From: Nitrosopumilus sp.
GTDB lineage: Archaea > Thermoproteota > Nitrososphaeria > Nitrososphaerales > Nitrosopumilaceae
Assembly (NCBI GenBank): GCA_965197525.1
Contig: OZ240211.1
Span: 1,024,001 to 1,088,000, forward strand
DNA length: 64,000 nucleotides
Direction of reading: 5' to 3'
Shown here: piece after piece, positions 19,536 to 29,808 of the stretch
How positions within the stretch are numbered: the stretch's first letter is position 1
Layout of the letters: each line of letters opens with the position of its first letter
Translations under genes and position numbers: made by a program
The notes under the pieces: model-generated
The model's database searches: none
Seen by the model: the letters and a program-made list of their open reading frames with translations, nothing else
What the model was told of the DNA's origin: nothing

Positions 19536-19869
19536 AGGGTTTCTCCAAGATTACTCCGATGTTATCAACTATACTGTTACGTTTGAAAGTTATATTTCGG
19601 CGTACGCATACTCGTCTATACATGTTAACTGCAGTGAATCTAGGATGCATGGCCTCAAACTCAGTCTCTGAGATATCTATGAATGCGCCTAGTTCTACCA
19701 AGTCTTGTGAGGCTTTTTTGGCAGTATCGGCAGATATCTTTAATCTGTCTGCAATCATTTGAGGAGACATTTTTCCATGGCACGTAACTAACAGATACAC
19801 TTTGGCTTGTACAGGTTCTAGATGAACCTCACTGACTAGATCGTCCTCAACCCTTTGAAGTAAAGACAT
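19513..19869 (-). CDS. TrmB-like wHTH transcriptional regulator
   Basis: QAKVYLLV..GKMS..IA..L.I…L.ELG pattern. Confidence 0.65.
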   Translation of the reverse strand: MSLLQRVEDDLVSEVHLEPVQAKVYLLVTCHGKMSPQMIADRLKISADTAKKASQDLVELGAFIDISETEFEAMHPRFTAVNMYRRVCVRRNITFKRNSIVDNIGVILEKPYDDARTK

Positions 19870-19962
19870 ATCTTTGATGTGTTAGAACGCCATAAAACAT
19901 TTTACAAGAGGACAGAGCTATTTTTCACCGGTATTTTTGAGATTGGCAAAGAAGAATGCGGT

Positions 19963-20280
19963 TTATCCGCCTAACACCTTGGCATGCTCATATCCTTTTA
20001 GAATCCACTTCATAGCACTTGCTGTGGTGGTGATTTGTTTTGAGTCAATTTCAATCCATCCCATCTTGGCACCATGAGAAAATGGTTGGATTGCATTTGA
20101 CTTGACTGCAATCTCCTGTTGATCTTTAGGGAGTCTAACGATGATTTGCTGAGTATTCTTGTTGCTGAATCCAACAAAAAATTTCTTGTTTATTGAAAAA
20201 CATTGATAGCCAAACATGGGCCTAGTTGTCACATATTCCATAGATTCGACTTGTTTTTTGATTGGAACGTAACTATTCAT
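19963..20280 (-). CDS. TfoX/Sxy N-terminal-like domain protein
   Basis: RPMFGYQCF..NKKFFVG and GWIEID..WI motifs. Confidence 0.6.
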   Translation of the reverse strand: MNSYVPIKKQVESMEYVTTRPMFGYQCFSINKKFFVGFSNKNTQQIIVRLPKDQQEIAVKSNAIQPFSHGAKMGWIEIDSKQITTTASAMKWILKGYEHAKVLGG

Positions 20281-20493
20281 TTATGTCCTCTTGGTTTGTA
20301 AATAAAGCAGAGTATTATATCTATAGATACTAGCACGTTGTTGCAGACTCGTAGCATTTCATGTTAATGCTCAATCAAGGAGTAAAGAGGATAATAAAAA
20401 ATTGAGAATGTTCTAAAAATGAAACAACCAATATGTAATTACCAACAATAACAGCAACAGTAACAACAACAACAGCAATAATAACAGCAAATA

Positions 20494-20712
20494 TTATTTT
20501 TTCACTAGTATTTTTTTAGAGATCTTCAAAGAGAACCCCATGGCGATAAAATGAACAACTCCTCCCAAAATTATAGCATACCAAATATTATCAAGAATAC
20601 TCCAAGCAATAAGAAATGCAATGATGGATGGGATGGTAATAATAACTGCGATAACTGTTCCTCTTATGGCGATTTGACTTATTGAAAGTTTGGATGAGTC
20701 ACTCTCAGACAA
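20494..20712 (-). CDS. Small membrane protein
   Basis: Two hydrophobic helices. Confidence 0.65.
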   Translation of the reverse strand: MSESDSSKLSISQIAIRGTVIAVIITIPSIIAFLIAWSILDNIWYAIILGGVVHFIAMGFSLKISKKILVKK

Positions 20713-20760
20713 CAGCGAGAAATATCAAAAACGATAATAAAAATCAAAGATACTTTATAT

Positions 20761-21243
20761 TTGGCAGACGTTGATTTTTACTGTTTGGCAAGTTACAAGG
20801 GTACATATTCAAATGAACAGTCGTTAAATTTGGTAATACCTATTATCATAATCCTGTTTTTGGGGCTGATTTACATGATGACACAGAGGGCAGATTCAGG
20901 ATTTGCGAGTTTTATACTAATTGGTGCAGCAGCCCTTACAATGTTTTACTGGGCTAGAGTATTAAAAAAGATAGCAAAGGACAACAAACCACTGTACACC
21001 CAAGCAAGAGAACAAGAGACAAAAAATTGGGTTTATGACCTGATTAAAGGAGAGGCAGAGTTTGTATTTGTAGCCGAAGTTCCAGGACCTGAAGATAAGA
21101 TTGCAGTTAGGTTGGTAGACGGAATTTTGTACATACGCGGGACATACGGATTTGCAAAAGAGATTCCAATAGAAGGTGCCAAAGACATGCAGATATATGA
21201 CTTTAAGTATAGAAACGGCGTGTTGACACTACGCATAAAATAA
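20761..21243 (+). CDS. Hsp20/alpha-crystallin-domain protein with N-terminal TM helices
   Basis: FVAEVPGPED and FKYRNGVLTLRI; true start may be later. Confidence 0.75.
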   Translation: MADVDFYCLASYKGTYSNEQSLNLVIPIIIILFLGLIYMMTQRADSGFASFILIGAAALTMFYWARVLKKIAKDNKPLYTQAREQETKNWVYDLIKGEAEFVFVAEVPGPEDKIAVRLVDGILYIRGTYGFAKEIPIEGAKDMQIYDFKYRNGVLTLRIK

Positions 21244-21268
21244 TAAAGACAAAAATAAAAATAAAAAA

Positions 21269-22378
21269 CTAGAGACTTTTTGCCAATTCTAATTTTTGGG
21301 GCAGGTATTTATCAGTGATATTAGTAAGGCCGTACTTTGAGAAAGCCTCCAACTCTGCTTTTCTCTTTAATCGTAAAAATACATCTAGTTCTTTTTTCCA
21401 TATTCCGTCTTGGTATCGTGGATCTTTTTGAAGATCATAACATCGCTTTATGTCAGATTCAGTCATTGGTATGGTAGGGAGTTTATATTTTTCAATGTCA
21501 GTTGCCCATACACCCACCCACTTTGCATCAGGTACTGTCAACTCTCGTAGATGGGCAGCATTGGCAGATCCAGATTTTATAACCATGGCAATATGTTCTC
21601 CATACACATCACCGTCAGTCAATACAATTACAGGCAAGTTCATCTCGTCGTGTAGTCGTTTGAGCAGAGTTCTAGTTGAGCGAGGTGCTTGCCCTCCTGT
21701 GTTAATTATAATTGATTTGAATTTTTTATCGACTTGTTCTTCAACGAATCTAGTAAATAGACCGCCTTTCTCTATTGCAATAACTATTTCTGCACTGGTA
21801 TCAACTAATTCGGCAGTAGTCAAGCTAGGACCAATAGAGTATCCATCAGGATGGTTGGACAGATTCATGCGTTTGCCCTCGTACCCTGGAATAGTATACT
21901 CTATGTTTAGATCACCGAAAATTGAGCTTCGTTCTTCAGGAAATATGTGAAAATCTTCTCGAGGCTTAGATGTTACAGCCTCCAAATCTACAATAATGTT
22001 GTCTGACTCTGATTGGTCATCAAACTCAATTGCAAATGCTTGTGAAGAGTAATAGACGTCTCGTAGAGTAGACGACTTTTTTTCATGTGTGAGCCTATTT
22101 GCAAAGAATGCAAGCCACATCAGCTGTGTAAATGAGCGTAATTGGGCAGAGTTTCTCGAACTTCTCAGAGCAGTATTGTCGCCTAGAATGTACTGTCTGA
22201 GTGATTTATCATAAACGATGTTACCTACTGATCTGCTAGGTATTGAAAATTTGGGAAACTGTCCATTATCTAAATCCTCATATATTTTTGCGCCGTGACT
22301 CTTTAACATATTAAGAATATTCTTTTGCTTCTCTTCTGCTTTTTTACGGCGTTCTTTTGACTTTTTACTTCCGTTCAA
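21269..22378 (-). CDS. top6A: DNA topoisomerase VI subunit A
   Basis: STLRDVYY, AIEK, GGQAPRSTR, TDGDVYG, KAELEA. Confidence 0.96.
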   Translation of the reverse strand: MNGSKKSKERRKKAEEKQKNILNMLKSHGAKIYEDLDNGQFPKFSIPSRSVGNIVYDKSLRQYILGDNTALRSSRNSAQLRSFTQLMWLAFFANRLTHEKKSSTLRDVYYSSQAFAIEFDDQSESDNIIVDLEAVTSKPREDFHIFPEERSSIFGDLNIEYTIPGYEGKRMNLSNHPDGYSIGPSLTTAELVDTSAEIVIAIEKGGLFTRFVEEQVDKKFKSIIINTGGQAPRSTRTLLKRLHDEMNLPVIVLTDGDVYGEHIAMVIKSGSANAAHLRELTVPDAKWVGVWATDIEKYKLPTIPMTESDIKRCYDLQKDPRYQDGIWKKELDVFLRLKRKAELEAFSKYGLTNITDKYLPQKLELAKSL

Positions 22379-24500
22379 CGTTGGTTTGCTCCTTTTTTAC
22401 TGGGATTAATGTGGTTTGTAATGTTTTGGCAGGTTTCTTTGTTTTGGACTGTTTGGATTTGCTTGATTTTGATGATTTTTGGTGTTTTACAGTGTTGGAT
22501 GTTTGTGGTGTTGCTGTTTTAGGTGTTGCTGTTTTAGGTGTTGCTGTTTTAGGTGTTGCTGTTTTAGGTGTTGCTGTTTTAGGTGTTGCTGTTTCAGATG
22601 CTGTTGTTTCAGATGTTGCTACTACTGCCGCTATTGTTTTTGTCGGCGTCACAGATTGTTGTTTCATTAGCGTGTCTGCGTTTTGAACTTGTAATATTTT
22701 TTGATAATCAGGTTCTTTTTTCTTACCTGCAAGCTCAGTACAAAACTCTGCAATTAATGGAATGTATTTTGCGTAAAGATTAGCTCTCTTTTTTGCCATA
22801 TCAGCTTGGCCTCTCTTTGACATGTATGCTGCTAATTTTCTTGAAAGGAATTGGAGACCTAGTCTTAACTCTCGTTCTATCTCTGGTCTGTCAGCAACGT
22901 TCTCTTTACCTGCAGTCTTGTACGGAATACGCGTAGAGCAAATATGAGATACGATAATGAACGGAGGTTCACCTTTTACTTTGTATCTGCCCCAGTCAGT
23001 ATCGTGAACTACCTTTAGCACTACATCACTGCCCTCATCATATAATAAAGGAATCCTATTGGCATATCTGTACACATGTGGGCCGCCAGATTTAATATCG
23101 CCACCGTATGCAATACCCATCTCCACTATAAATGGAAATCCGGAATAAGCAGATGCAGGACGTTGCACTACAGCTGCAAAATCAGGATTAAAGAACTTTT
23201 TTATCCCTTTCTCCAAAGGTGTCTCACCTAAAGGAGCAAGACAACTGTGATCAGGTGCTAGAAAATCTTCAAATTTTTGGAGCGAATCACTAAGATTGAC
23301 TAGCTCTTGATTAGTCATAGTGCCCATTCGTTTTTCAGGCTTGAATCCGGTAAATTCAGCAAATCGTAGCGCAGTTGTAGGACCTACGCGCTGAAACCTC
23401 TTTGTCAGAAACGTGGTAAGGGATTCGCCTTGGACAGTATTGGTTAGCTGCTTAAAGTACGTACTTTGGTGGTCAAGTTCTATTGATTTTGATTGAGAGT
23501 CACCAAAATCCCAATAAGATAGCGTTTTATTTTTCATGTCGATGTCCTCAATTGCGATTTTACGTAGTTTATCAAAATTCATCTTTAGGAATGACATCAA
23601 AGATATAACAACACGAACCTGACGAGGGAGGTTCTTCCATCTCTTACTTGCTTTGGCCATTATTGCTGTAAACCCAAGATTCTTGGCAGACAGTCCCAAA
23701 TCTTTTCTGACTTTTTCTATCATTGCATCATCAATAGTTGGAATCTCAAACTGCGATTCTACGATCATTCGTCGTATTCTCTCAACATCTATACCGTGTG
23801 GATGAGGTTTGATTATTGTAGGAGGAGGAGGGATGTCTTTGACAAATCTCGGATGACTGAATCTCTGTCCTTTGGGATCATCGAAAGTTATAGAGGCATA
23901 AGGGGTAATCAGAGAGGTCTCATAGACATAGTCACGTATCTTGTTACCGGCCTTTGAATAGTCGCCCTCAAGATATATGCTGACAGAGAGTCCTGGCTTG
24001 GTAGCTTTTTTGGTGATATGTTTTTGAATGATGGGCTTGTTTTTTTGAATATCAAGTAATAACTCAAACTCGTCTTGTGTCTTTCCGTCAACAGAACTTT
24101 TTACAGTGACCGGTTTGTTGGTGGTAATCTGTCCATACAGTATAGCCATGGTAGCCCCCAATCCAAACATGCCCCTTGCTTGTTTGAGGCCAAACTTTGA
24201 TCCGTATAACACGGTGCCAAATGCAAGTGGAATGTGTCCTGCATCTACACCTGGACCGTTATCTTTTACAGTCAAGATATAGGTTCTGGGATCAGGTTTT
24301 TCAGGATTGACAGCTTTGATTGTAAGATGTACATCAGGCAGAATGCCTTTTTGATCACAAGCGTCTAGCGCGTTCTCTACAAACTCTCTTACTGCTGTGT
24401 ATAAAGATCGTGTAGGATTGCTAAATCCGGCAAGATCACGATTACTATAAAAGAATTCACTTGGAGAGATTTGGTTAAACTTTTCTTTAATGGAGGACAT
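22365..24500 (-). CDS. top6B: DNA topoisomerase VI subunit B with low-complexity C-terminal tail
   Basis: EFVENALDAC, DNGPG, GSKF..ARGMFGLG, RYANRIPLLY. Confidence 0.96.
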   Translation of the reverse strand: MSSIKEKFNQISPSEFFYSNRDLAGFSNPTRSLYTAVREFVENALDACDQKGILPDVHLTIKAVNPEKPDPRTYILTVKDNGPGVDAGHIPLAFGTVLYGSKFGLKQARGMFGLGATMAILYGQITTNKPVTVKSSVDGKTQDEFELLLDIQKNKPIIQKHITKKATKPGLSVSIYLEGDYSKAGNKIRDYVYETSLITPYASITFDDPKGQRFSHPRFVKDIPPPPTIIKPHPHGIDVERIRRMIVESQFEIPTIDDAMIEKVRKDLGLSAKNLGFTAIMAKASKRWKNLPRQVRVVISLMSFLKMNFDKLRKIAIEDIDMKNKTLSYWDFGDSQSKSIELDHQSTYFKQLTNTVQGESLTTFLTKRFQRVGPTTALRFAEFTGFKPEKRMGTMTNQELVNLSDSLQKFEDFLAPDHSCLAPLGETPLEKGIKKFFNPDFAAVVQRPASAYSGFPFIVEMGIAYGGDIKSGGPHVYRYANRIPLLYDEGSDVVLKVVHDTDWGRYKVKGEPPFIIVSHICSTRIPYKTAGKENVADRPEIERELRLGLQFLSRKLAAYMSKRGQADMAKKRANLYAKYIPLIAEFCTELAGKKKEPDYQKILQVQNADTLMKQQSVTPTKTIAAVVATSETTASETATPKTATPKTATPKTATPKTATPKTATPQTSNTVKHQKSSKSSKSKQSKTKKPAKTLQTTLIPVKKEQTNVERK
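22507..22594 (-). repeat. 15-bp coding tandem repeat (TATPK)n, about 5.9 copies
   Basis: GGTGTTGCTGTTTTA x5 plus a partial copy. Confidence 0.93.
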
Positions 24501-25059
24501 CTTGATCCTCCCACAATTGCATCCGTCCTATCTTGTCTCTTCTGTTTGCAGCCTCCAGTTTGGTATATACCGGGCCGTGCATGCTGCCATGAGATATAGA
24601 GGATATGGCATCAGCTACCAGTCGTAATTTATTGGCATTGCCAATGATTGATACAGTCTTTCCATAAACGGAAATATGTGTACGGCTAAGATTTTCAATA
24701 TTTTGTCTAGAACGCCCCCCTTCGCCAATAATCCTCCCCTTTATTCTCTCTACATTAGCACTAGACTTTCCAGCAAACTCTCGCAGATCTATAACGTGTA
24801 ACGTGTTATCACCTTGCAGCAGAGTCATAGCATTCTGAGGTGAGAATCCTCTCCCTATAGCAGTAACGATCTCGACTGCTTTGAATGGTTGGGTCTCTTG
24901 TATGTCACCCTTTGACCTGACGTAGATCTCACCTGTACTGCCATCGATATCCAAGGTAACATAACACTTGGACTCTATATCCGATTTGACGTTTCCTGAC
25001 TTGCCAATCAGAGCACCAATTCTGTCACCAGGTATTCGAATTAATTTCTCAAAGCTCAT
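24487..25059 (-). CDS. KH-domain ribosome biogenesis protein Dim2/Pno1
   Basis: RIGALIGK and RIKGRIIGEGG KH motifs; next to Rio1. Confidence 0.9.
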   Translation of the reverse strand: MSFEKLIRIPGDRIGALIGKSGNVKSDIESKCYVTLDIDGSTGEIYVRSKGDIQETQPFKAVEIVTAIGRGFSPQNAMTLLQGDNTLHVIDLREFAGKSSANVERIKGRIIGEGGRSRQNIENLSRTHISVYGKTVSIIGNANKLRLVADAISSISHGSMHGPVYTKLEAANRRDKIGRMQLWEDQDVLH

Positions 25060-25841
25060 TTTATTATATCCTCATATATCGCATCATTTGTATCATTAAT
25101 AGAAACTGCCCTTTTTTTAAAGAATCTCACAATATTACGAACGTCTCTTTTAAGAAACTCCAAAGCGTTTGGATGCCTGATATCAACCCCTGAGGCTAGA
25201 TCAAATACAACCAAACCGTTATCAGTCTTGAAGATATTGTACTCAGAGAAATCACCATGTACTAATTTTGCTTTGTGGTATAGATCGTGTAAAAGCGATA
25301 TAGCCTGTCTGTAGTCATCATCATCTACTTGCGAATGCAACAAAGATTTGCAAGGAACGCCTGTGCTGCTGCCTACAAACTCCATAGCAAGAACGTTATT
25401 TTTAAGATGCAGTGGCTGTGGAACTGGAATGCCGGCACTGTAGCATTGAGACAAGTTACGAAACTCTTTTCTTGCCCACAAATAAACTAAATTTTTAGTG
25501 CCTTTTCTGAGATGAGAAAATCTTGGGTCTCCTGTGATGTATCCCTCACGTTTTTTAAAGTTAGAGGTAGACACCAGATAAATTTTCAAAGCAACATTGG
25601 TATCATCGTCTGCGACGCCCCAAAAAAGAAGAGATTCTTTTCCGGCACTAACTGCACCATTAACATATGCAATAACGTGATCGTTTATCATTTTGTACAA
25701 AGTCATGACAGTTGGCTTGTCTAAAACCTCGTTGACGACTTTGCCTTTTTTAAAACCATCGTCTAACCGTTTTCGTTTTGCTTTTGAAATCAGTTTGTTA
25801 TCTAGCTTTGATTCTAGTTTTTTACTAATGGTGTCAGTCAT
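25056..25841 (-). CDS. rio1: RIO1-family Ser/Thr kinase
   Basis: SAGKES, WARKEFRNL, HGDFSEYNI, FDLA. Confidence 0.92.
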   Translation of the reverse strand: MTDTISKKLESKLDNKLISKAKRKRLDDGFKKGKVVNEVLDKPTVMTLYKMINDHVIAYVNGAVSAGKESLLFWGVADDDTNVALKIYLVSTSNFKKREGYITGDPRFSHLRKGTKNLVYLWARKEFRNLSQCYSAGIPVPQPLHLKNNVLAMEFVGSSTGVPCKSLLHSQVDDDDYRQAISLLHDLYHKAKLVHGDFSEYNIFKTDNGLVVFDLASGVDIRHPNALEFLKRDVRNIVRFFKKRAVSINDTNDAIYEDIIK

Positions 25842-25925
25842 ACAAGATATTCATCGGTAGTATCTAAAATAGATTTGTATACGGCGTAATAAACAATACA
25901 TCTATAATAAAAGATCAGAATACAC

Positions 25926-26222
25926 TCATGTATTAAAAACGATGAGAAACGGAACGTTAGAGATTAACTTGACTGCGTCTTTTGAACCAATTCCTAGTTT
26001 GAGGGACAGATCAACAGTACGTTTTCCAGCCATATTGATAATCGCGGAATTTTTTAGCAAGGCTTCGGCTTGATCTTGCTCTACGAATGTTCCGCCATAG
26101 TATGATTCACTAATATGCATGGTTAAATCGTCTTGGGTAACCTTTTTTCCCAGCAGATCAGCGTCACATATGTTAAGCATCACAGTCTGCTGATAGTCTG
26201 TAACTTTGACTGAGAATAACAT
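25926..26222 (-). CDS. DUF424 family protein
   Basis: ICDADLLGK..FYGG-like..INMAGKRTV; ATG 26222 overlaps the aIF2beta stop. Confidence 0.8.
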   Translation of the reverse strand: MLFSVKVTDYQQTVMLNICDADLLGKKVTQDDLTMHISESYYGGTFVEQDQAEALLKNSAIINMAGKRTVDLSLKLGIGSKDAVKLISNVPFLIVFNT

Positions 26223-26644
26223 TATGCATATTTGCCCTTTAGAGTGGATTTTGCACCGCAAGCCTCACAGATTAGAAAGGATATTCGGTGTTCTTTGAGA
26301 ATTTTAGTGTCGGGGCTCTTGCATGTGGGGCATTCAAGGTAATCTTTGACATAGATTTGGAACAGTCTTGTAAAGTCATCAGGGGCACGCCTGCCAACAA
26401 ACATGGCCTTCTCGCCTAGACGCTCTGCTGGAACTGCGAACTCTTTTGAGAGATACTGGAGAACTTTGTCAGGATCACGCCTGAGCACTTTGGGAAAGTC
26501 TGAAAAGTTTCTCAAAAAAGTCTTTTGGCCCTCCCACATTACATCAACAACTGGGAGCTCAAATCTAGTTTGAGATTCTTTATTGGTATCGCCCAAGTTT
26601 TTTTGAATTCGTTTAAGTAAATTCTCGTATTCTGCTTTTGTCAT
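26222..26644 (-). CDS. eif2b: Translation initiation factor 2 subunit beta
   Basis: RNF, YLSKE, CPTCKSPDT..CEACGA. Confidence 0.95.
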   Translation of the reverse strand: MTKAEYENLLKRIQKNLGDTNKESQTRFELPVVDVMWEGQKTFLRNFSDFPKVLRRDPDKVLQYLSKEFAVPAERLGEKAMFVGRRAPDDFTRLFQIYVKDYLECPTCKSPDTKILKEHRISFLICEACGAKSTLKGKYA

Positions 26645-26705
26645 TAAAAGATAGTGTATGGTATACCCTATATGGGTTTTGAAAAATAGAGAATGTGGAA
26701 ATGTT

Positions 26706-26858
26706 CTAACTTTCCTGCTTTTTCATAATTCGGTTAACTCTAGTTCCACAAACAGAGCATGTACCTTTCATTGCAGGACGTCCGTTCTTGAATGTAGTCT
26801 CAACAGGATCTTTGATATCAGTTTTTGCTCTACATTTTACACAATAGGCTTGAACCAT
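26706..26858 (-). CDS. DUF5679-like small zinc-ribbon protein (50 aa, not in ORF track)
   Basis: Manual translation MVQAYCVKCRAKTDIKDPVETTFKNGRPAMKGTCSVCGTRVNRIMKKQES. Confidence 0.8.
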   Translation of the reverse strand: MVQAYCVKCRAKTDIKDPVETTFKNGRPAMKGTCSVCGTRVNRIMKKQES

Positions 26859-27102
26859 TATGGAGTTTCTTGAAAAGGGTATTATATAGAAACATATTAA
26901 AAATTAATTAGCTATATGCTAAATATACGTAAATGTTTTTTAGCGTTACAAAGATAAAATATAATAAGAAGTTCCGAAAACAGACGCCTTTTTGAATGAT
27001 TATTAGAAAATGTATAGAGTATGTGGTTTTTTCTGATAATTGCTTAATAAAGTATAATTTTTGTGTCAGCAATTATAAACTACTCTGTAGTAAATAAACA
27101 AA

Positions 27103-27609
27103 ATGGCATCAAAGAAGGGAATAATAGTAACGGTAATAATTTTAGCAGCCATTACTGGTGCAAGTTTTTCGTTATGGTTTATCCCACAGGATGTAGAGAC
27201 AACATTTGTTGTCTCAGACTATGAGGGCTATTTGGATGGAGTAAAAAACATTCACGAGGTTTTAATCGAAGCAACTGACATAGAATATCAAAAGCTACGT
27301 CAAGGAGATATCGCCCCACAAGAGTATATCGCATCAACCCAAATAACAACCACGCAAGTGACTGCACAGATAAGTGAATTTGTAACATCAAAGCCATCAG
27401 AAGCATGGCAAGAGAGCTACATCAGTTACATGGAGGGTATGCGAAAGTTCAACGAGTATGTCGGGGAGACCATAGTACTAGCAAACTTGATTGAAGGACA
27501 GGGGGGGACACAGGAAGATATTGAGGAGACTATCAAAAGGATAGAATCGCTAAAAACAGAATCAATAGAGCTGACTCAGCGCTCTGATCTATTAAGACCC
27601 ATACCATGA
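27103..27609 (+). CDS. Hypothetical membrane-anchored protein
   Basis: N-terminal TM helix; helical body. Confidence 0.7.
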   Translation: MASKKGIIVTVIILAAITGASFSLWFIPQDVETTFVVSDYEGYLDGVKNIHEVLIEATDIEYQKLRQGDIAPQEYIASTQITTTQVTAQISEFVTSKPSEAWQESYISYMEGMRKFNEYVGETIVLANLIEGQGGTQEDIEETIKRIESLKTESIELTQRSDLLRPIP

Positions 27610-27702
27610 TGAATGACTGCCGGTGGTGGTAGCCTCAAAACCGAGATTTACTAATCAGAATTGTTGGAAACCATTAAAAAGTAATTTCGGCATATAGACA
27701 TA

Positions 27703-28851
27703 ATGTCTCAACGCACAGATAATAAAATAAAGAAAAAAGTTGACGTGTCAACTACAAACAAGTTACTAGTAATCTGTATTGACAGGGATAACGATGTTGG
27801 AGAGAAGGCAGGAATTCTTACGCCGGTTATAGGCAGAGATGCATGTATTGAAGCAGCACAGAGATTAGCGTTAGAGGATCCAGAAGATGCAGATTCAAAT
27901 TCCATCTTTGCTGCAATAAAGACGTATGAGGATCTAATAAGCAAAGGATATCAGGTTGAAGTAAGTACAGTTGCGGGAGTTAAGAAACTAGGTGTACAGG
28001 CTGATGAAAAAATTCTAAACGAGATAAAAAAAATCTTGGAGATATTTTCTGCAGACGGTGCAATTATAGTTTCTGACGGGGAGAGCGATGAGAGCGTCAT
28101 TCCAGTGATTCAGAATGTTTTGCCGATAGTGTCTGTGCAACGTGTGGTGATAAAGGTAAACAGAAGTGTAGAGTATTCGTATGCAGTATTTGGAAAATAT
28201 CTAAAGATGCTTGTGTATGATTCTAAATATTCAAAATTCTTTTTAGGACTTCCGGGAATTCTTTTGTTGATAGGCGGGGTAGCTACAATATTTGGTTATA
28301 CTGCAGAAATATTTGCAGTGCTTGTGAGTATTTTAGGGGCAGCATTTTTGATCAGAGCATTTGATGTCGACAAGATATGGTCGCGATGGGCAAAGCCGAC
28401 ACCTATGGGTTTTGTTAGAATGTTTACAATGGTAGCAGGAGTGTTGTTGATTCTCTCATCAGTACCGTCAGGCGTTAATGCAATAGATACCAAACTATTA
28501 GAAGCAGATACAGAGTTGATTACAAAGATTACAGACCAGGTGATCATAGGACAGTTCGTTGCAGGGGCACTACCAATTTTATGGATGGGACTAGGTGCAA
28601 TATTTGCAGGAACTCTGCTCAGTAATTGGATTGGAGGAATTCCACGACAGATTAGCGATATTCTAAGAATCGTTGTATTGGTAGCGCTGTATCCTACTGT
28701 ATCACAGTTTACCAACATTATGATTTATGATGAGAACTCGTTTACCTTGGTTCCGCCACTACTAGCAGGATTGGCAATAACAATAGTTTCTGCCACGATT
28801 CTCTTCAAAAAGTACAGAAAACACAAGGATCAAGAGATGATTTCAGATTAG
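27703..28851 (+). CDS. DUF373 family membrane protein
   Basis: LVICIDRDNDVG, DPEDADSN, SDGESDE, QRVVIK. Confidence 0.85.
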   Translation: MSQRTDNKIKKKVDVSTTNKLLVICIDRDNDVGEKAGILTPVIGRDACIEAAQRLALEDPEDADSNSIFAAIKTYEDLISKGYQVEVSTVAGVKKLGVQADEKILNEIKKILEIFSADGAIIVSDGESDESVIPVIQNVLPIVSVQRVVIKVNRSVEYSYAVFGKYLKMLVYDSKYSKFFLGLPGILLLIGGVATIFGYTAEIFAVLVSILGAAFLIRAFDVDKIWSRWAKPTPMGFVRMFTMVAGVLLILSSVPSGVNAIDTKLLEADTELITKITDQVIIGQFVAGALPILWMGLGAIFAGTLLSNWIGGIPRQISDILRIVVLVALYPTVSQFTNIMIYDENSFTLVPPLLAGLAITIVSATILFKKYRKHKDQEMISD

Positions 28852-29016
28852 AACTAGTCTACGCCTGCCTGACAGACCGTACTAACAAGTATGTTTTGAG
28901 AATTTGTCTATAGTTAGCTGATCGCCTAGATGACATGAGGCCAGGTGGCCCATGCTGGAATCCATATCTGAAAAACACTGATAACTGATAGCTGTTAGAC
29001 AATATGATGATAAGAC

Positions 29017-29808
29017 GTGAACAAGATTAAAGATGCGGTATTTCAGTTATCAGGGCTCTATAAGATATATGGCAAAAGATTGGAGAGCGAGATTCAAAAC
29101 GGAGACATCCCAAACCATGTTGCATTAATTTTAGATGGAAACAGGAGATGGGCTAAGCGACATCTTGCCATGCCAAAAAACGGGCACTGGAAGGGAGCTG
29201 ATGCAGTGGAGAATCTCCTTGATTGGTGTGAGGAGTTTGACATTAAAATTATCACTCTTTATGCACTGTCTGCTGAGAACCTAAACAGAAAAGATGAAGA
29301 GTTGGAGTATCTTTATGAACTGATTCGTATGAGACTAGAGAAGCTATTCAATGATCCAAGAATCCACAAAAATAAGATGAGGGTCAAAGGCATAGGAAGA
29401 ATAGAACTGCTACCAGAATCAATTAAACAGATTCTAAAGCGGTTAGACGAGGTAACAAAAAATTATGACGGGCATTTTCTTAACATCGCACTAGCATATG
29501 GTGGACAGTACGAGTTAGTAGATGCCGTAAAGAAGATAGGAGAAAAGATAAAAGACGGATCGTTGAATGTAGAGGATATTAGCAAAAAAGAGATCGAGTT
29601 AAATCTATACACATCATATCTGCCACAATCTTCACCGGATATGATTTTGAGGACATCAGGAGAGAAGCGATTGAGCGGATTTCTCATGTGGCAGAGCGCA
29701 TACAGTGAGTTGATTTTTATGGATATTTTTTGGCCGGAATTTAGAAAAATAGATTTAATGAGGGCCATTAGAACATATCAAGAAAGAAAGAGAAGGTTGG
29801 GAAAATGA
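29017..29808 (+). CDS. uppS: cis-prenyltransferase (UppS family)
   Basis: ILDGNRRWA, S.EN, RTSGEKRLSGFLMWQSAYSE. Confidence 0.95.
   Translation: MNKIKDAVFQLSGLYKIYGKRLESEIQNGDIPNHVALILDGNRRWAKRHLAMPKNGHWKGADAVENLLDWCEEFDIKIITLYALSAENLNRKDEELEYLYELIRMRLEKLFNDPRIHKNKMRVKGIGRIELLPESIKQILKRLDEVTKNYDGHFLNIALAYGGQYELVDAVKKIGEKIKDGSLNVEDISKKEIELNLYTSYLPQSSPDMILRTSGEKRLSGFLMWQSAYSELIFMDIFWPEFRKIDLMRAIRTYQERKRRLGK

Noticed and set aside
22357-22783. Antisense ORFs including a Cys-rich CCCFR repeat
   Set aside because: Shadows of the 15-bp repeat in top6B
26658-26873. 71-aa plus-strand ORF
   Set aside because: Antisense to the better-supported zinc-ribbon gene
28852-29016. Possible box C/D sRNA (ATGATGA and CTGA motifs)
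   Set aside because: Boxes are not in a convincing order and spacing, and no terminal stem
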